NCBI GenBank assembly: GCA_002722995.1
Contig: PBNF01000023.1
Coordinates: 14,495-78,494 of the forward strand
Origin: Legionellales bacterium
GTDB lineage: Bacteria; Pseudomonadota; Gammaproteobacteria; Comchoanobacterales; Comchoanobacteraceae
Length of the DNA stretch: 64,000 nucleotides
Reading direction: 5' to 3'
The notes under the pieces are model-generated. The model saw nothing but the letters and a program-made list of their open reading frames with translations. It was not told the origin of the DNA and did no database searches. The position numbers were made by a program, and so were the translations under genes. Below, piece after piece: positions 19,907 to 32,312 of the stretch. Within the stretch, counting starts at the first letter, position 1; the number at the start of each line of letters is the position of its first letter.

Positions 19907-21318
19907 AGCGCGTTAAAGGCCTGTTGCTCAGTACTATAGCGTTCACGCTATTGGGTGTTCAAGCGCAACCTTTAGAAATCGGCCTAAATCAAATTGTGAA
20001 ATCCCTTTCACCTAATACAAATATCTCTGTTATGGTGTATGACCTTCACACGCAACGTCCGATCTATCAATATCATCCTCATCAGCGCTTAACGGCGGCC
20101 AGTACGATGAAATTATGGACCAGTGTGGCATCGCTATTAGCCTTAACCCCTGAATTTGAATTAAAGACTGAGTTATGGATGTCAGGCTCAATGAAGCATC
20201 ATACTTGGTATGGAGATGTTTGGTTGGTTTTTGAGGGCGATCCAAGTTTTTCAACTCAAGCCCTTAAGCACTTGCTGAAACAGTTGCATCAGAAAGGTAT
20301 TGATCGAATTCAAGGGCGATGGTATGTGGTGGCAGCGCCTTTGGCCAATGATCAATATGGCCCTGGTTGGATGTGGGATGAGTTACCTGCCTGTTATGCA
20401 GCACCCTTGAGTCGATTGATGTTAGATGAAAATTGCTTCAAAGTGCATATTTTACCCCCTCGCATAGGTCATCGTCCACGCCTTGAGCCTTCAGCGCCGT
20501 CTTTCATTCAGTGGCAAAATCGATTGGTGCGGAGGCCGCAATGCAGTGCATCCGATCTGCCTTTTCAAGTAAAACCTAAAGGCTTTAAACGTTACGAATG
20601 GTCAGGGTGTATCGCTTCGAATCAGGCCAACCTATCGATTGCCATTCCTGAGCCTTTTGATTGGGTATCCTACCAGATTCTAAAACAGTTGAAAATACTT
20701 AAAATTCAAGGTGTTCATCGCATTCATTTAAGACAGCATCGTCCCTCTTTGATATCACTCAATCGTGTTGCTGTCCATCACTCATCATTAAAGACTTGGT
20801 TAAAGCCGATGCTTACAGACTCTAATAATGTGTATGCCAGTCAGCTATTTTTGCACATGGGTTTTCAGCGTTGGAGAAATAAAAATACTTGGGCGCGTTC
20901 TGCAAAAACTGTTCAGTCTATCTTGAAGTCCCACCAAATTGATGCGCCTAAGATGATTGATGGTTCAGGATTATCAAGGCTAAATCATGCATCAGCTTCA
21001 GATTTATTTAAGTTATTATATCGAGTGATTAATGTTCCAGAGTGGTCAAGTCAGATGATCCCTGCGTTGGCTCAACTCGGTCGTTCAGGGACATTATCCG
21101 CTTATCGAGTTAATGTTCCAGATGGAGTTGAAGTCTTAGGGAAAACAGGCAGTATGCAAGGTGTTTCAAATATTGCTGGAATGATATATGCTGATCATTC
21201 AGCTCGATACCTATATGCTATTTTGCTAGAAGGTGGGCTCAGCCAACATGAACATCAAAAGCGAATTCATGCGATTGAGCATTTTTTAGATCATTTGATT
21301 CAATCTTTGAGTTTTTAA
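19903..21318 (+). CDS. dacB: D-alanyl-D-alanine carboxypeptidase/endopeptidase (PBP4, peptidase S13)
   Basis: Signal peptide MKRVKGLLLSTIAFTLLGVQAQ. SxxK motif (AASTMKL) and KTG motif (GKTGSM). ATGA overlap with the upstream stop. Confidence 0.85.
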   Translation: MKRVKGLLLSTIAFTLLGVQAQPLEIGLNQIVKSLSPNTNISVMVYDLHTQRPIYQYHPHQRLTAASTMKLWTSVASLLALTPEFELKTELWMSGSMKHHTWYGDVWLVFEGDPSFSTQALKHLLKQLHQKGIDRIQGRWYVVAAPLANDQYGPGWMWDELPACYAAPLSRLMLDENCFKVHILPPRIGHRPRLEPSAPSFIQWQNRLVRRPQCSASDLPFQVKPKGFKRYEWSGCIASNQANLSIAIPEPFDWVSYQILKQLKILKIQGVHRIHLRQHRPSLISLNRVAVHHSSLKTWLKPMLTDSNNVYASQLFLHMGFQRWRNKNTWARSAKTVQSILKSHQIDAPKMIDGSGLSRLNHASASDLFKLLYRVINVPEWSSQMIPALAQLGRSGTLSAYRVNVPDGVEVLGKTGSMQGVSNIAGMIYADHSARYLYAILLEGGLSQHEHQKRIHAIEHFLDHLIQSLSF

Positions 21319-21409
21319 TCTTACAATGATCACACATTAAGAGTTAATGTTGATTTAATATATATGCTATAGACTATTAAAATAAATATGAACTTAATTG
21401 GTGTTCATA

Positions 21410-21889
21410 ATGTTAACAATAATAAAAGAAAGTCTAAAAATTGCAGGGCGTGTCCTGTTGAGTGTTGTGCTGATGACATTGATTTTAAGCTTCAGCGCCA
21501 GTGTGCTTGCCGCCGTTTTCGGCGCTATTTTAATGGTATCTACTGTATTATCTGGGTTGCTATTGAACTTAAGCTCACAAGGTGCTTTGTATTGGTTTCA
21601 GAATCCAATGGCGCTGTTACATGCTCCAGAATACTGTATTCCAATTTCATTCATCATGCTCATTGGGTGTGCATGTGCTTTTCGGTGTTTAAGACAATGT
21701 GCCCCTTCAATCTGGGATTGTTTTACCCAACCTTGTCTAGCCTTTTCAATAGATCCTTTGTTGCAAGAGATCTCATCTCCTTTCAATGAAAGAAGCACTC
21801 AGAATGTTCATGTTGTTCGTCCGTTTTGTGATAAAGACATATTTGTGATAAATACATCGATAAGAATGAAAGAATTGATAAGGTCTTAA
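21410..21889 (+). CDS. Hypothetical small Cys-rich membrane protein
   Basis: Two or three hydrophobic helices (VLLSVVLMTLILSFSASVLAAVFGAILMVSTVLSGLLL). No homology recognised. A competing ORF in another frame (21388..21789) is less protein-like. Confidence 0.4.
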   Translation: MLTIIKESLKIAGRVLLSVVLMTLILSFSASVLAAVFGAILMVSTVLSGLLLNLSSQGALYWFQNPMALLHAPEYCIPISFIMLIGCACAFRCLRQCAPSIWDCFTQPCLAFSIDPLLQEISSPFNERSTQNVHVVRPFCDKDIFVINTSIRMKELIRS

Positions 21890-22284
21890 ATCCTAATGAT
21901 TTCAAATGAACTTTAGGTTCTATGTGTTAAAGATGAATGAGCACATGAGTAGATTTGTTGCATTTTGAGTGGTTAAATAGGGGGACTTTATCAACCGTTG
22001 CAATGTGGGTGGACTAAAATTTTCGTTACGAGTGATGTTGAGTGAAGCTTTAATGTGTTGATTAAACCTTCTATCCATATTAAAGCCTGCTGATAGCGCG
22101 TAATATTATTTGAGACTGAGTGGAGGGGGCTTTTCAAAAATATAGAGTGCTTGAGGGGTGTTCTGATGTTTTTTTATTTCAAGTCCATGAATTATAAAAG
22201 TATTTTTAAAATTTAAGGTTTCCTTAAGGTGATCTGTTTAAAATAATAGTTATATATCTTCTTAAGTTTTATGAACATCGATTC

Positions 22285-22321
22285 AAGCCATGTTGCCCCC
22301 CCAACATGGCTTTCTTTTTTT
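22285..22321 (+). terminator. Rho-independent terminator: 11-bp perfect stem, C6 loop, U-tract
   Basis: Stem aagccatgttg, loop cccccc, stem caacatggctt, followed by tcttttttt. The reverse strand lacks a U-tract, so it is unidirectional (+). Confidence 0.65.
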
Positions 22322-22391
22322 AAAGCCTCTATACTTTAAATCTATGGATAGTCTTCATTGATATCCTGTCATCAGTAGGGAGCACAGGGCC

Positions 22392-24587
22392 ATGATTAAA
22401 AGTTCTTTTTTAACGGTTCATATTGATCCAGTGCCTTCAGATTGGATGCAGTGGTTAAGCGACATCCTGTCGAAACGTCCTCAAGAAGATATTTCATCTG
22501 TCATTCAAGCCATGGATTACCTCATAGGCCTTGATCCATCCATTCAAACGGTCTGCAAGTTATCTGTTCAATCCCATGCGCATGCGCTCATACGGCTTGG
22601 AATTGATTGTGATGTTGATGCAATGACCTTGGCTGCGGTGATCTTATACCCGGTGTATGAACAAGGTATTTTGACAGATGATGTATTAAATGAATTGATG
22701 CCACTTTCAGTCATTCATCTCTTGAAAGGCGCTGTTCGGATGAATGTATTAGAGTCGAGTTGGAGTGGTTCTGCTAAGCATTGTCCTACTTCGATTGACC
22801 TTGACGCAATGCGACGTATGTTGTTGTCAATGGTCAATGATGTCCGAATGGTGGTGGTCCGATTATTGGTGCAATTGTGTGTGTTGTATCATTTTAAAAT
22901 TTTAGATGAGCATGAGCAAATGAACGTGGCATCTTGTGCTCGTTATTTATACGCACCTTTAGCCAATCGGCTCGGGATGAAGCCTTTAAAATGGCAATTA
23001 GAAGATTTTGCGTTTCATGTTTTAGAGCCTGAAGCTTACCGTCAGATTTCAAATTCAGTTAACACTCGACGCGATGCGCGTCAAGCTTGTTTAGATTCAA
23101 CACTTGAAGCCATGCGAGGTTGTCTTCATCAAGTTGTGCGGCCCATTGAGATCAGTGGGCGGGTTAAGCATTTTTATAGTATTTATAAAAAGATGAACCA
23201 AAAATCACTCCGTTTTGATCAGCTTTCAGATACTTTGGCGATCAGAGTGATTGTTGAAGATGTTGAGGCCTGTTATGCCGTACTGAGCCAGATTCAATCT
23301 CATTTTGAAATGCTTGACACCGAGTTTGATGATTATATTGCAGCACCTAAATCAAATGGTTATCAATCGATTCATGCTGCAATGCGTGTGGAGGGTGATG
23401 GGGTTGTTGAGGTTCAAATTCGAACACAGGCGATGCATCACTTTGCTGAACGTGGCGTTGCTTCGCATTGGCTGTATAAAGAGCAAGGAAGCGGTTCATT
23501 CAATGACAAAGTCAATTGGTTAAACCAATTGATGGATTGGCATGCAGAATGCGCTCATCAAAACAATTTCATTCAATGTTTTCAAGATCGCGTGTTCGTG
23601 TTTACGCCACAAGGCGATGTCAAAGATTTGAGTTTAGGTGCTACGGTTCTTGATTTTGCCTATCATATTCATACCGAAGTTGGGCATCGATGTCGTGGGG
23701 CTAAAGTCAATGGTAAAATGGTCTCCTTGAGTACAGCATTGAATAATGGTGATCGAGTTCAGATTATTACGGCTAAAATGGCTGAACCTAGTCGAGATTG
23801 GTTGAGCGCTAAACCCGCTGTATTGGTAACAGCTCAGGCTCGCAGTAAAGTGACGCAGTGGTTTCGGCGTCAAGATCATGAAGCTTTATGGGCTCAAGCT
23901 CAAGTGATTTTATCGCGTGTCACCCCTACGAAGTTGACTTCAAGTGAATTATTACAATTGGCTAAATCATTTGGTCAGCGTGATGTGGATGCATTGATGA
24001 TCGCTTTGGCACGTGGAGAAATCACACCCACTGCTTTGATGCGTCGTTTAGAAGCTGAGCGTGCTCCCGCTCAAAACCAGGACTCAGCGCAAACACGTCC
24101 AAAGGCAATGGCATCAAAGTCATTGAGTCATCAAGACCCACGCATATGTGTAGAAGGTTTAAGTGGGATGTTGGTTCATTTGGCTCAATGTTGTTATCCT
24201 CTGCCAGGAGAGCGTATCATGGGGCGTGTCAGTCGGCGTCGTGGTGTCATAGTGCATGCTTTGAATTGTCAACGTATTCAAGCGAGTGGGTGTGATGCGG
24301 ATCGAGACTTATGTGTTGAATGGGAAGCAGAGGCACACCACATTAAATACCTTGCTGTGATCGGTGTTGAAGTATCTTTATTGGATACAGCCACTCAAAG
24401 TATCCAAGCTTGGTTATCTGTCAATCAGATCACTTGGAGTCAATGGCATCGTTTTGAGGCCAGTCATACATTAAGAATCATGCTGCATATTCAGTCTGTG
24501 GGCCAATTAAATGAATGCCTTCGTAAATTAAGTGCATGTAAAGGGGTGATCAAGGCTTATCGATGGACTCAAGGGGGTTCTGATTAA
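22392..24587 (+). CDS. relA: GTP pyrophosphokinase (RelA-type (p)ppGpp synthetase)
   Basis: Synthetase block YQSIHAAM...VEVQIRTQAMHHFAE. TGS block VFVFTPQGDVKDL...GAKVNGKMVSL. C-terminal ACT-like region. The N-terminal pseudo-hydrolase region has no obvious HD dyad. Confidence 0.9.
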   Translation: MIKSSFLTVHIDPVPSDWMQWLSDILSKRPQEDISSVIQAMDYLIGLDPSIQTVCKLSVQSHAHALIRLGIDCDVDAMTLAAVILYPVYEQGILTDDVLNELMPLSVIHLLKGAVRMNVLESSWSGSAKHCPTSIDLDAMRRMLLSMVNDVRMVVVRLLVQLCVLYHFKILDEHEQMNVASCARYLYAPLANRLGMKPLKWQLEDFAFHVLEPEAYRQISNSVNTRRDARQACLDSTLEAMRGCLHQVVRPIEISGRVKHFYSIYKKMNQKSLRFDQLSDTLAIRVIVEDVEACYAVLSQIQSHFEMLDTEFDDYIAAPKSNGYQSIHAAMRVEGDGVVEVQIRTQAMHHFAERGVASHWLYKEQGSGSFNDKVNWLNQLMDWHAECAHQNNFIQCFQDRVFVFTPQGDVKDLSLGATVLDFAYHIHTEVGHRCRGAKVNGKMVSLSTALNNGDRVQIITAKMAEPSRDWLSAKPAVLVTAQARSKVTQWFRRQDHEALWAQAQVILSRVTPTKLTSSELLQLAKSFGQRDVDALMIALARGEITPTALMRRLEAERAPAQNQDSAQTRPKAMASKSLSHQDPRICVEGLSGMLVHLAQCCYPLPGERIMGRVSRRRGVIVHALNCQRIQASGCDADRDLCVEWEAEAHHIKYLAVIGVEVSLLDTATQSIQAWLSVNQITWSQWHRFEASHTLRIMLHIQSVGQLNECLRKLSACKGVIKAYRWTQGGSD

Positions 24588-25034
24588 TGTGCCAAGGGCG
24601 TTAACATAATCACCTGTAGGCTGAAAGCCATCTTATCATGGTCTAATGGATTGATTGTTATGATTTGACGGGTTGACGTTTTTGAGCGACAGGTGAATCG
24701 CTGATCTGTGCATCATGAGATTAGATTGAATCCCTTGATGATTGATTGTCCTTATTTTGACTCGTTTGAACTGACTTATAGGATGTGTTATTTCAATGGT
24801 CAGGATAGATTGGCTTTTAATGCTCATGATGGTTTTAATGATGAGTATAGATTGGATTGGCCTGAAGTTCTAATTGAAACAAGATCAGATTGAGTGCGTG
24901 ATCTTAGCAGGAATCAATAGAGGGCTTATATGAGTGGTGTTTTGAAATGTACACTTAATATGAGCGCATATGAGAGATATCTACTTGATTTCAAATTCAA
25001 TTCAAGTGATTTGATTTTGATGTGGCATCCGGCA

Positions 25035-26321
25035 TTACACTGATTCATGTTCAAGAATTGGGTGGGTATCTGGCTTGAAGATTGGGCACTGTCGCGGTGC
25101 AAGCGTGATGGGGAAATTTGGATAATCGGGCAATCCTTTATGATACGGAATAGAGGCTTCTCCTTCGATGAAGGGGGCCAAGTAGGCCTTGCATTCGGGT
25201 GTGATGTGAAAGCCATCTGATCGAATCCATTCGGGTGGGAGTGTACGTGTGGCATTGGCCACTTGATCAAGTGGAACATGTCCAATGCCCCATCGATAAG
25301 GTTGGCTTTGTTGTCGAGTGAGCGTCAGCATGACATCCTGTGTGCCCTTCATTAATTCATGAATAGCCGCTTGGCCCAGTGTGTAAGCTTGTTCAATATC
25401 ACATTGAGAAGCCAGATGGCGTGCTGATCGTTGTAAGTAATCTGCACAGGCCCAATGGGTTTTGAAGGTGCACTGTGTTTGAACCAGGTGAGCAAGCTGT
25501 GGCGCTACCCCCCCTAACTGATTATGTCCAAACGCATCAGTTGTTTGTGTGACGTTCAGGTATCGGCCTTGCGTGTCTTGAATGCCTTCGGATGCGACAA
25601 CAATACAAAATCCGTTTGTTGACACACAATGTTGAACCGCTTGAATGAAGGCTTGTGGTTTAAAAGGCACTTCGGGCAATAGGATCAGGTGGGGTGCTTG
25701 GTGTGCTTGACGCTGGGCCAATGCACTTGAAGCCGCAAGCCATCCAGCATCACGACCCATCACTTCTAAAATAAATACTTTAGTGGAAGTGGTATGCATC
25801 GCCTGTACATCTAGTGCTGTTTCTTGAACAGAGGTTGCAATATACTTAGCCGCGGAACCAAATCCTGGGCATGTATCGGTGTGAGGTAGATCATTGTCAA
25901 TGGTTTTAGGAAGCCCAATGCAGCGTAGGGGGTAACCGATATGCTGTGCATATTGGCTGATGCGATGTGTAGTATCTTGTGAATCATTGCCTCCATTGTA
26001 GATAAAGTAGCCAATTTGGTGTGCGTCAAATACTTCAAAAATTCTTTCTAATTCTTGCTGGCCTTGTTGATGTGAGCCTAGTTTATAACGACAACTTCCA
26101 AAAGCACTTGAGGGGGTGTGGTAGAGGGCTTGTATAGATTGATCAGACCACTGCGTTGTATCAATTAAACGTTCATGGATTGCCCCTAAGATGCCATATT
26201 CCCCGGCATAAACGCGGCTCGAGGTTGATGTGCGAGCGGTCTGGATGACACCGCAAGCTGTTGCATTTAAGGCGGCAGTGACACCACCAGAGTGAGCGAA
26301 AAAAATATGAGGATGTGGCAT
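25035..26321 (-). CDS. pfp: Phosphofructokinase family protein, probably pyrophosphate-dependent
   Basis: Motifs FAHSGGVTAALNA, NGGNDSQ, GLPKTIDNDL and VMGRDAGWLA. Asp at the GGxD position and Lys in PKTIDND are the residues associated with PPi use. Confidence 0.8.
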   Translation of the reverse strand: MPHPHIFFAHSGGVTAALNATACGVIQTARTSTSSRVYAGEYGILGAIHERLIDTTQWSDQSIQALYHTPSSAFGSCRYKLGSHQQGQQELERIFEVFDAHQIGYFIYNGGNDSQDTTHRISQYAQHIGYPLRCIGLPKTIDNDLPHTDTCPGFGSAAKYIATSVQETALDVQAMHTTSTKVFILEVMGRDAGWLAASSALAQRQAHQAPHLILLPEVPFKPQAFIQAVQHCVSTNGFCIVVASEGIQDTQGRYLNVTQTTDAFGHNQLGGVAPQLAHLVQTQCTFKTHWACADYLQRSARHLASQCDIEQAYTLGQAAIHELMKGTQDVMLTLTRQQSQPYRWGIGHVPLDQVANATRTLPPEWIRSDGFHITPECKAYLAPFIEGEASIPYHKGLPDYPNFPITLAPRQCPIFKPDTHPILEHESV

Positions 26322-26450
26322 ATCAGGGCTCTTGGTCTGAATTCAAAGCACATGATGTTAACATGATTCGAATCATTCAGCCAGACGTGCTTGTTTTGTT
26401 TTAAGGTTTTGGGCACACTAAAAACTCTAAATAGAATGTAGAGTGTTTAA

Positions 26451-27830
26451 ATGAATATTCATATACAAGGTATTGGCGGCACCTTTATGTCAGGTGTGGC
26501 GCTTTTAGCTCAAGCTTTGGGGCATCAAGTAAGAGGGTCTGATCGCGCTTTATATCCCCCAATGGGTGATCAAATCACTGCAGCCGGTATTCCAGTTGAA
26601 TTAAATTATACGACCCCTTTAGATGCATCTTGGGTTGATCAAGTGATTGTAGGTAATGCTTTGTCTCGTGGCGTTCCACAAGTAGAGGATATGTTAAATC
26701 AAGGCATTTCGATGGATTCAGGCCCGGGTTGGTTGGTTCGCCATGTGTTGCCTGGGCGGCGTGTTTTAGCGGTTTCAGGCACACATGGTAAGACCACTAC
26801 AAGTAGTTTGTTGGTTTGGATATTGCGTTCAGCGGGTTTGGATCCAGGATATTTAATTGGAGGAATGCCTGGATTTTCAGATGTCTCTGCTCACTTAGGG
26901 ACTTCCCCTTGGTTTGTGATCGAGGCAGATGAGTATGATAGTGCTTTCTTTGATCGTCGTGCAAAGTGTTTGCAGCTCCATCCCTATGGCATGATTGTCA
27001 ATAATTTAGAATTTGACCATGCTGATATTTATAATAACTTAACTGAAATTCAATGTGTTTTTAAAGATTGGATCAAATGCTTGCCCCGTGAGGGTTGCTT
27101 GATTTGTCCAGCAGAGCATCCTCATCTTGTTGAAATAGCTGAAGTGGGGCAATTACTGAGTCAAGTTGAATCGATTCACACGAAGAGCGGATGGCATATT
27201 GAAGCTCAATCTGAGGACTTTAAAACAGCAGCTTGGTGCTTTAATGATACAGTGCTAGGTGTTTTTTCAGGAGATTGGTTGTGTCCGCATTTAGGTGATA
27301 ATGCTTTAGCTGCAGCGGTGATGGCTCATCGTTGTGTCGGTTTAGAGCCATCTGAAATCACGCAAGCTTTGAATCACTTTCCAGGGGTGAAGCGACGTAT
27401 GGAGTGTATCGGGCAGCGCGATCAATCCGTGTTGTATGATGATTTTGCACATCACCCAACTGCGATTGCGCAGACACTTGCCACCATGGGAAAGCGTCAC
27501 CCGCATCAACCAATCTTAGTGTGCCTGGAGTTAGGGTCTTATACGTTAAAGCAATCATTTCAAGTTGAAGCTTTAGCGAATGCTTTAGGTACTGCGCATC
27601 AAATTTATATTATGAAGCCCGAATCAGGTACTTTAGGTTTTGAGTGCCAATCCCTGAATGACTTAATGCCTGATCAAATTCAATGGTTTGAATCGCCTCA
27701 GTTATTGCTTGATGCTGTTCAGGTCGCTGTGCGTTCGAATACCGTCGTATTAACGTTGAGTAGTCGAGCCTTTGAGGGCGTGAGGCAGCCGCTCTTTGAT
27801 TGGTGGCGGTCGGTGGTCATGGCATCGTGA
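26451..27830 (+). CDS. mpl: UDP-N-acetylmuramate:L-alanyl-gamma-D-glutamyl-meso-diaminopimelate ligase
   Basis: N-terminus IHIQGIGGTFMSGVALLAQALGHQVRGSDRALYPPM is typical of Mpl. Mur-ligase P-loop VSGTHGKTTTSSL. Confidence 0.9.
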   Translation: MNIHIQGIGGTFMSGVALLAQALGHQVRGSDRALYPPMGDQITAAGIPVELNYTTPLDASWVDQVIVGNALSRGVPQVEDMLNQGISMDSGPGWLVRHVLPGRRVLAVSGTHGKTTTSSLLVWILRSAGLDPGYLIGGMPGFSDVSAHLGTSPWFVIEADEYDSAFFDRRAKCLQLHPYGMIVNNLEFDHADIYNNLTEIQCVFKDWIKCLPREGCLICPAEHPHLVEIAEVGQLLSQVESIHTKSGWHIEAQSEDFKTAAWCFNDTVLGVFSGDWLCPHLGDNALAAAVMAHRCVGLEPSEITQALNHFPGVKRRMECIGQRDQSVLYDDFAHHPTAIAQTLATMGKRHPHQPILVCLELGSYTLKQSFQVEALANALGTAHQIYIMKPESGTLGFECQSLNDLMPDQIQWFESPQLLLDAVQVAVRSNTVVLTLSSRAFEGVRQPLFDWWRSVVMAS

Positions 27831-27925
27831 GGTTGAGCTCTAAAGTGAATTTTTAGTTGAAATAAGGCTTTAATTCATTATAATAAGTGAGTGGTTTGGG
27901 ATGTTTGATAGGGAGTATTTGGGTA

Positions 27926-28381
27926 ATGAAGTTGTCAAAAATGATGTTAAGTGCGTTATTGGTTTTTCAATTATCAGGCTGTGCAAATTTGGGAGATCAG
28001 CAACAATCGGGTGCCATCGTAGGTGGAGTTTTAGGTGGGTTGTTAGGAAGTCAATTTGGAAAAGGCAGTGGGCGTACTGCGATGGCTATCGGTGGTAGTG
28101 TCGTTGGGGGATTGATCGGCACTAGCTTAGGCAAAGATATGGATGAGATGAATCGCATGCGTTTTGCTCGAGCCCTTGAAACAACACCATTAGAACGCAC
28201 ACGTAGCTGGGTAGATACTCGAACTCAGTATCGTTATTCAGTTAAACCGCTCAAAACGTATCATCATCAACAACGATTATGTCGAAAGTACCAAAGTAGT
28301 GTTTTGATTGAGGGGCGTTTGCATACAGCACAAGGTCGTGCATGTCGTAATGCAGCAGGACATTGGGTTATTCAGAATTGA
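27926..28381 (+). CDS. Outer-membrane lipoprotein, glycine-zipper / 17-kDa surface antigen family
   Basis: Lipobox LSGC. Glycine zipper GAIVGGVLGGLLGSQFGKGSG...GGSVVGGLIG. C-terminal Cys-containing surface-antigen-like domain (CRKY...GRACR). Confidence 0.8.
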   Translation: MKLSKMMLSALLVFQLSGCANLGDQQQSGAIVGGVLGGLLGSQFGKGSGRTAMAIGGSVVGGLIGTSLGKDMDEMNRMRFARALETTPLERTRSWVDTRTQYRYSVKPLKTYHHQQRLCRKYQSSVLIEGRLHTAQGRACRNAAGHWVIQN

Positions 28382-28413
28382 ATCTGGGTGAAATTGATGC
28401 ATAGGAGTCTATA

Positions 28414-28987
28414 GTGTCCTCAAATAAGCCTCATCAAGATAGAGTCATGCTGACAAATCATGCAGGTTTGCTTGAAGAATATCACAAATTTCGACAATCA
28501 TCATCAAGCATGACCATTGCCGAGTTTTTGAATGAGTTTTTCCGTAGGCAGCAAGAGCAATTGAAGGCCTCTAATCGTCTAAAAAAAAGATGGCGCTTCA
28601 ATCAAAAAAAATTCAAAGCTTTTAAAGGTAAATCTAAAATTAAAGTGAAAAGTGGTAAGGTTAAAGCGCCTAAAGCGCCTAAAGCGCCTAAAGCACCCAA
28701 AGCCGTTAAAGCCCCTAAAGTTAAAAGTGCAGAATTTAAACTTTCTAAGTATGGGGGGCTGTTTAAAGCGATGGTTAAAGCTCAACAGCAGCAAGTCAAA
28801 GAAACTTCAAAACACCAAGTTCAGAAAACCAAAGAAATACGTAAAGCCCAAGAAGCAGCGATCAAAAAAGTTGCTAAAAAAACTAAATCCAATGCAGAAA
28901 AAATGGCTGCGCATGGCGTGCGTGGGTTGGTTGCACACAAGGTGTCTGAACAAAAAAAAGCCAAACAAAAAGCTAGTATGTCAAAGC

Positions 28988-28998
<11 letters not shown>
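28414..28998 (+). CDS. Lysine-rich, histone-H1/AlgP-like basic protein with (KAP)n repeats
   Basis: GTG start preceded by AGGAG (6-nt spacer). Very high Lys content. Repeat tract KAPKAPKAPKAPKAVKAPK. No TM segment. Confidence 0.65.
28663..28716 (+). repeat. Six tandem 9-bp units (aaagcgcct x3, then aaagcaccc, aaagccgtt, aaagcccct)
   Basis: Read directly. In frame with 28414..28998, encoding KAP/KAV. Confidence 0.95.
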
Positions 28999-31755
<2,757 letters not shown>

Positions 31756-31914
31756 GGCCTTGATTGCTGGGTTGTTCTTCTAAGCAGTTGTCTCCTTTTT
31801 GCTGATTAATACGCCCTGCTTGTTTCTCTTGGGTATCATCTAGTAGCTTTGCAGCAAATAATGGGTTTTGAAAAAATGTGTTGAATCATTTTAAGGATCA
31901 TCTAACTCAGAAGA

Positions 31915-32118
31915 TCATCTCCCATTCATTCTCTCGGGAAGCTGCCCTGACGCCCTACCCACATCCAATACAGGGTTTTCACTTTCATTAACAACAGATG
32001 CCGTAACAACAGATGCCGTATCTCGGTCAACACCAGTATAAGGTCGTGCCATAGCAACATTACCAGATACTGCAAGGGCTTGTACCATTTCCGAATTACT
32101 AACAGTTTCTTGGGGCAT
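31915..32118 (-). CDS. Hypothetical small soluble protein (67 aa)
   Basis: GAGG, 5 nt, then ATG. It sits 15 nt downstream of the preceding small ORF. Contains an in-frame 15-bp duplication. Confidence 0.4.
   Translation of the reverse strand: MPQETVSNSEMVQALAVSGNVAMARPYTGVDRDTASVVTASVVNESENPVLDVGRASGQLPERMNGR
31989..32018 (-). repeat. Perfect 15-bp tandem duplication (taacaacagatgccg x2)
   Basis: Read directly. Encodes TASVV-TASVV in the 67-aa ORF. Confidence 0.95.
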
Positions 32119-32133
32119 CGCTACCTCTATTGT

Positions 32134-32292
32134 TTATTTCGGTTTTGATCCAGTCGATGCTGTGGGCATCAGTACTTTGATAGACTGTAGATAAATGGCT
32201 CCAATAAATAATCCAAGAATCATCATGATTACATTGCCTGGATCCAAGAGTGGACTAATTAATGATAATAAAAGATATTCAATAGACATCAT
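32134..32292 (-). CDS. Hypothetical 52-aa hydrophobic peptide (below the ORF-track length cutoff)
   Basis: My own translation: MMSIEYLLLSLISPLLDPGNVIMMILGLFIGAIYLQSIKVLMPTASTGSKPK. AAGAGG, 5 nt, then ATG. A TATAAT box lies about 21 nt upstream. Confidence 0.35.
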   Translation of the reverse strand: MMSIEYLLLSLISPLLDPGNVIMMILGLFIGAIYLQSIKVLMPTASTGSKPK

Positions 32293-32312
32293 AAACCTCT
32301 TTTTTGTTATGC

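Noticed and set aside
21388-21789. 133-aa Cys/Arg-rich ORF competing with 21410..21889.
   Set aside because: The other frame gives coherent TM helices and a longer product. Neither frame is strongly supported, so only the more protein-like one is listed, at low confidence.
24926-25285. 119-aa ORF overlapping the 3' end of the phosphofructokinase gene, plus small ORFs in the relA/pfp convergent spacer (24636..24893).
   Set aside because: They overlap a well-supported gene or each other, and have no SD or recognisable features. The 446-bp spacer is noted as long, but I saw no structured element in it.
28663-28716. Short tandem repeats (9 bp here, and 31-32 bp at 44815-44909) considered as possible CRISPR arrays.
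   Set aside because: The units are directly adjacent with no unique spacers, they lie inside ORFs, and no cas genes are present.
28652-28987. The N-terminal third of ORF 28652..29689 (LKRLKRLKRLKHPKPLKPLK...) overlaps the Lys-rich gene in another frame.
   Set aside because: It is an alternative-frame reading of the same 9-bp repeat, with no SD at 28652. The Lys-rich frame has AGGAG plus GTG. Only the part downstream of about 28988 is treated as a separate gene.
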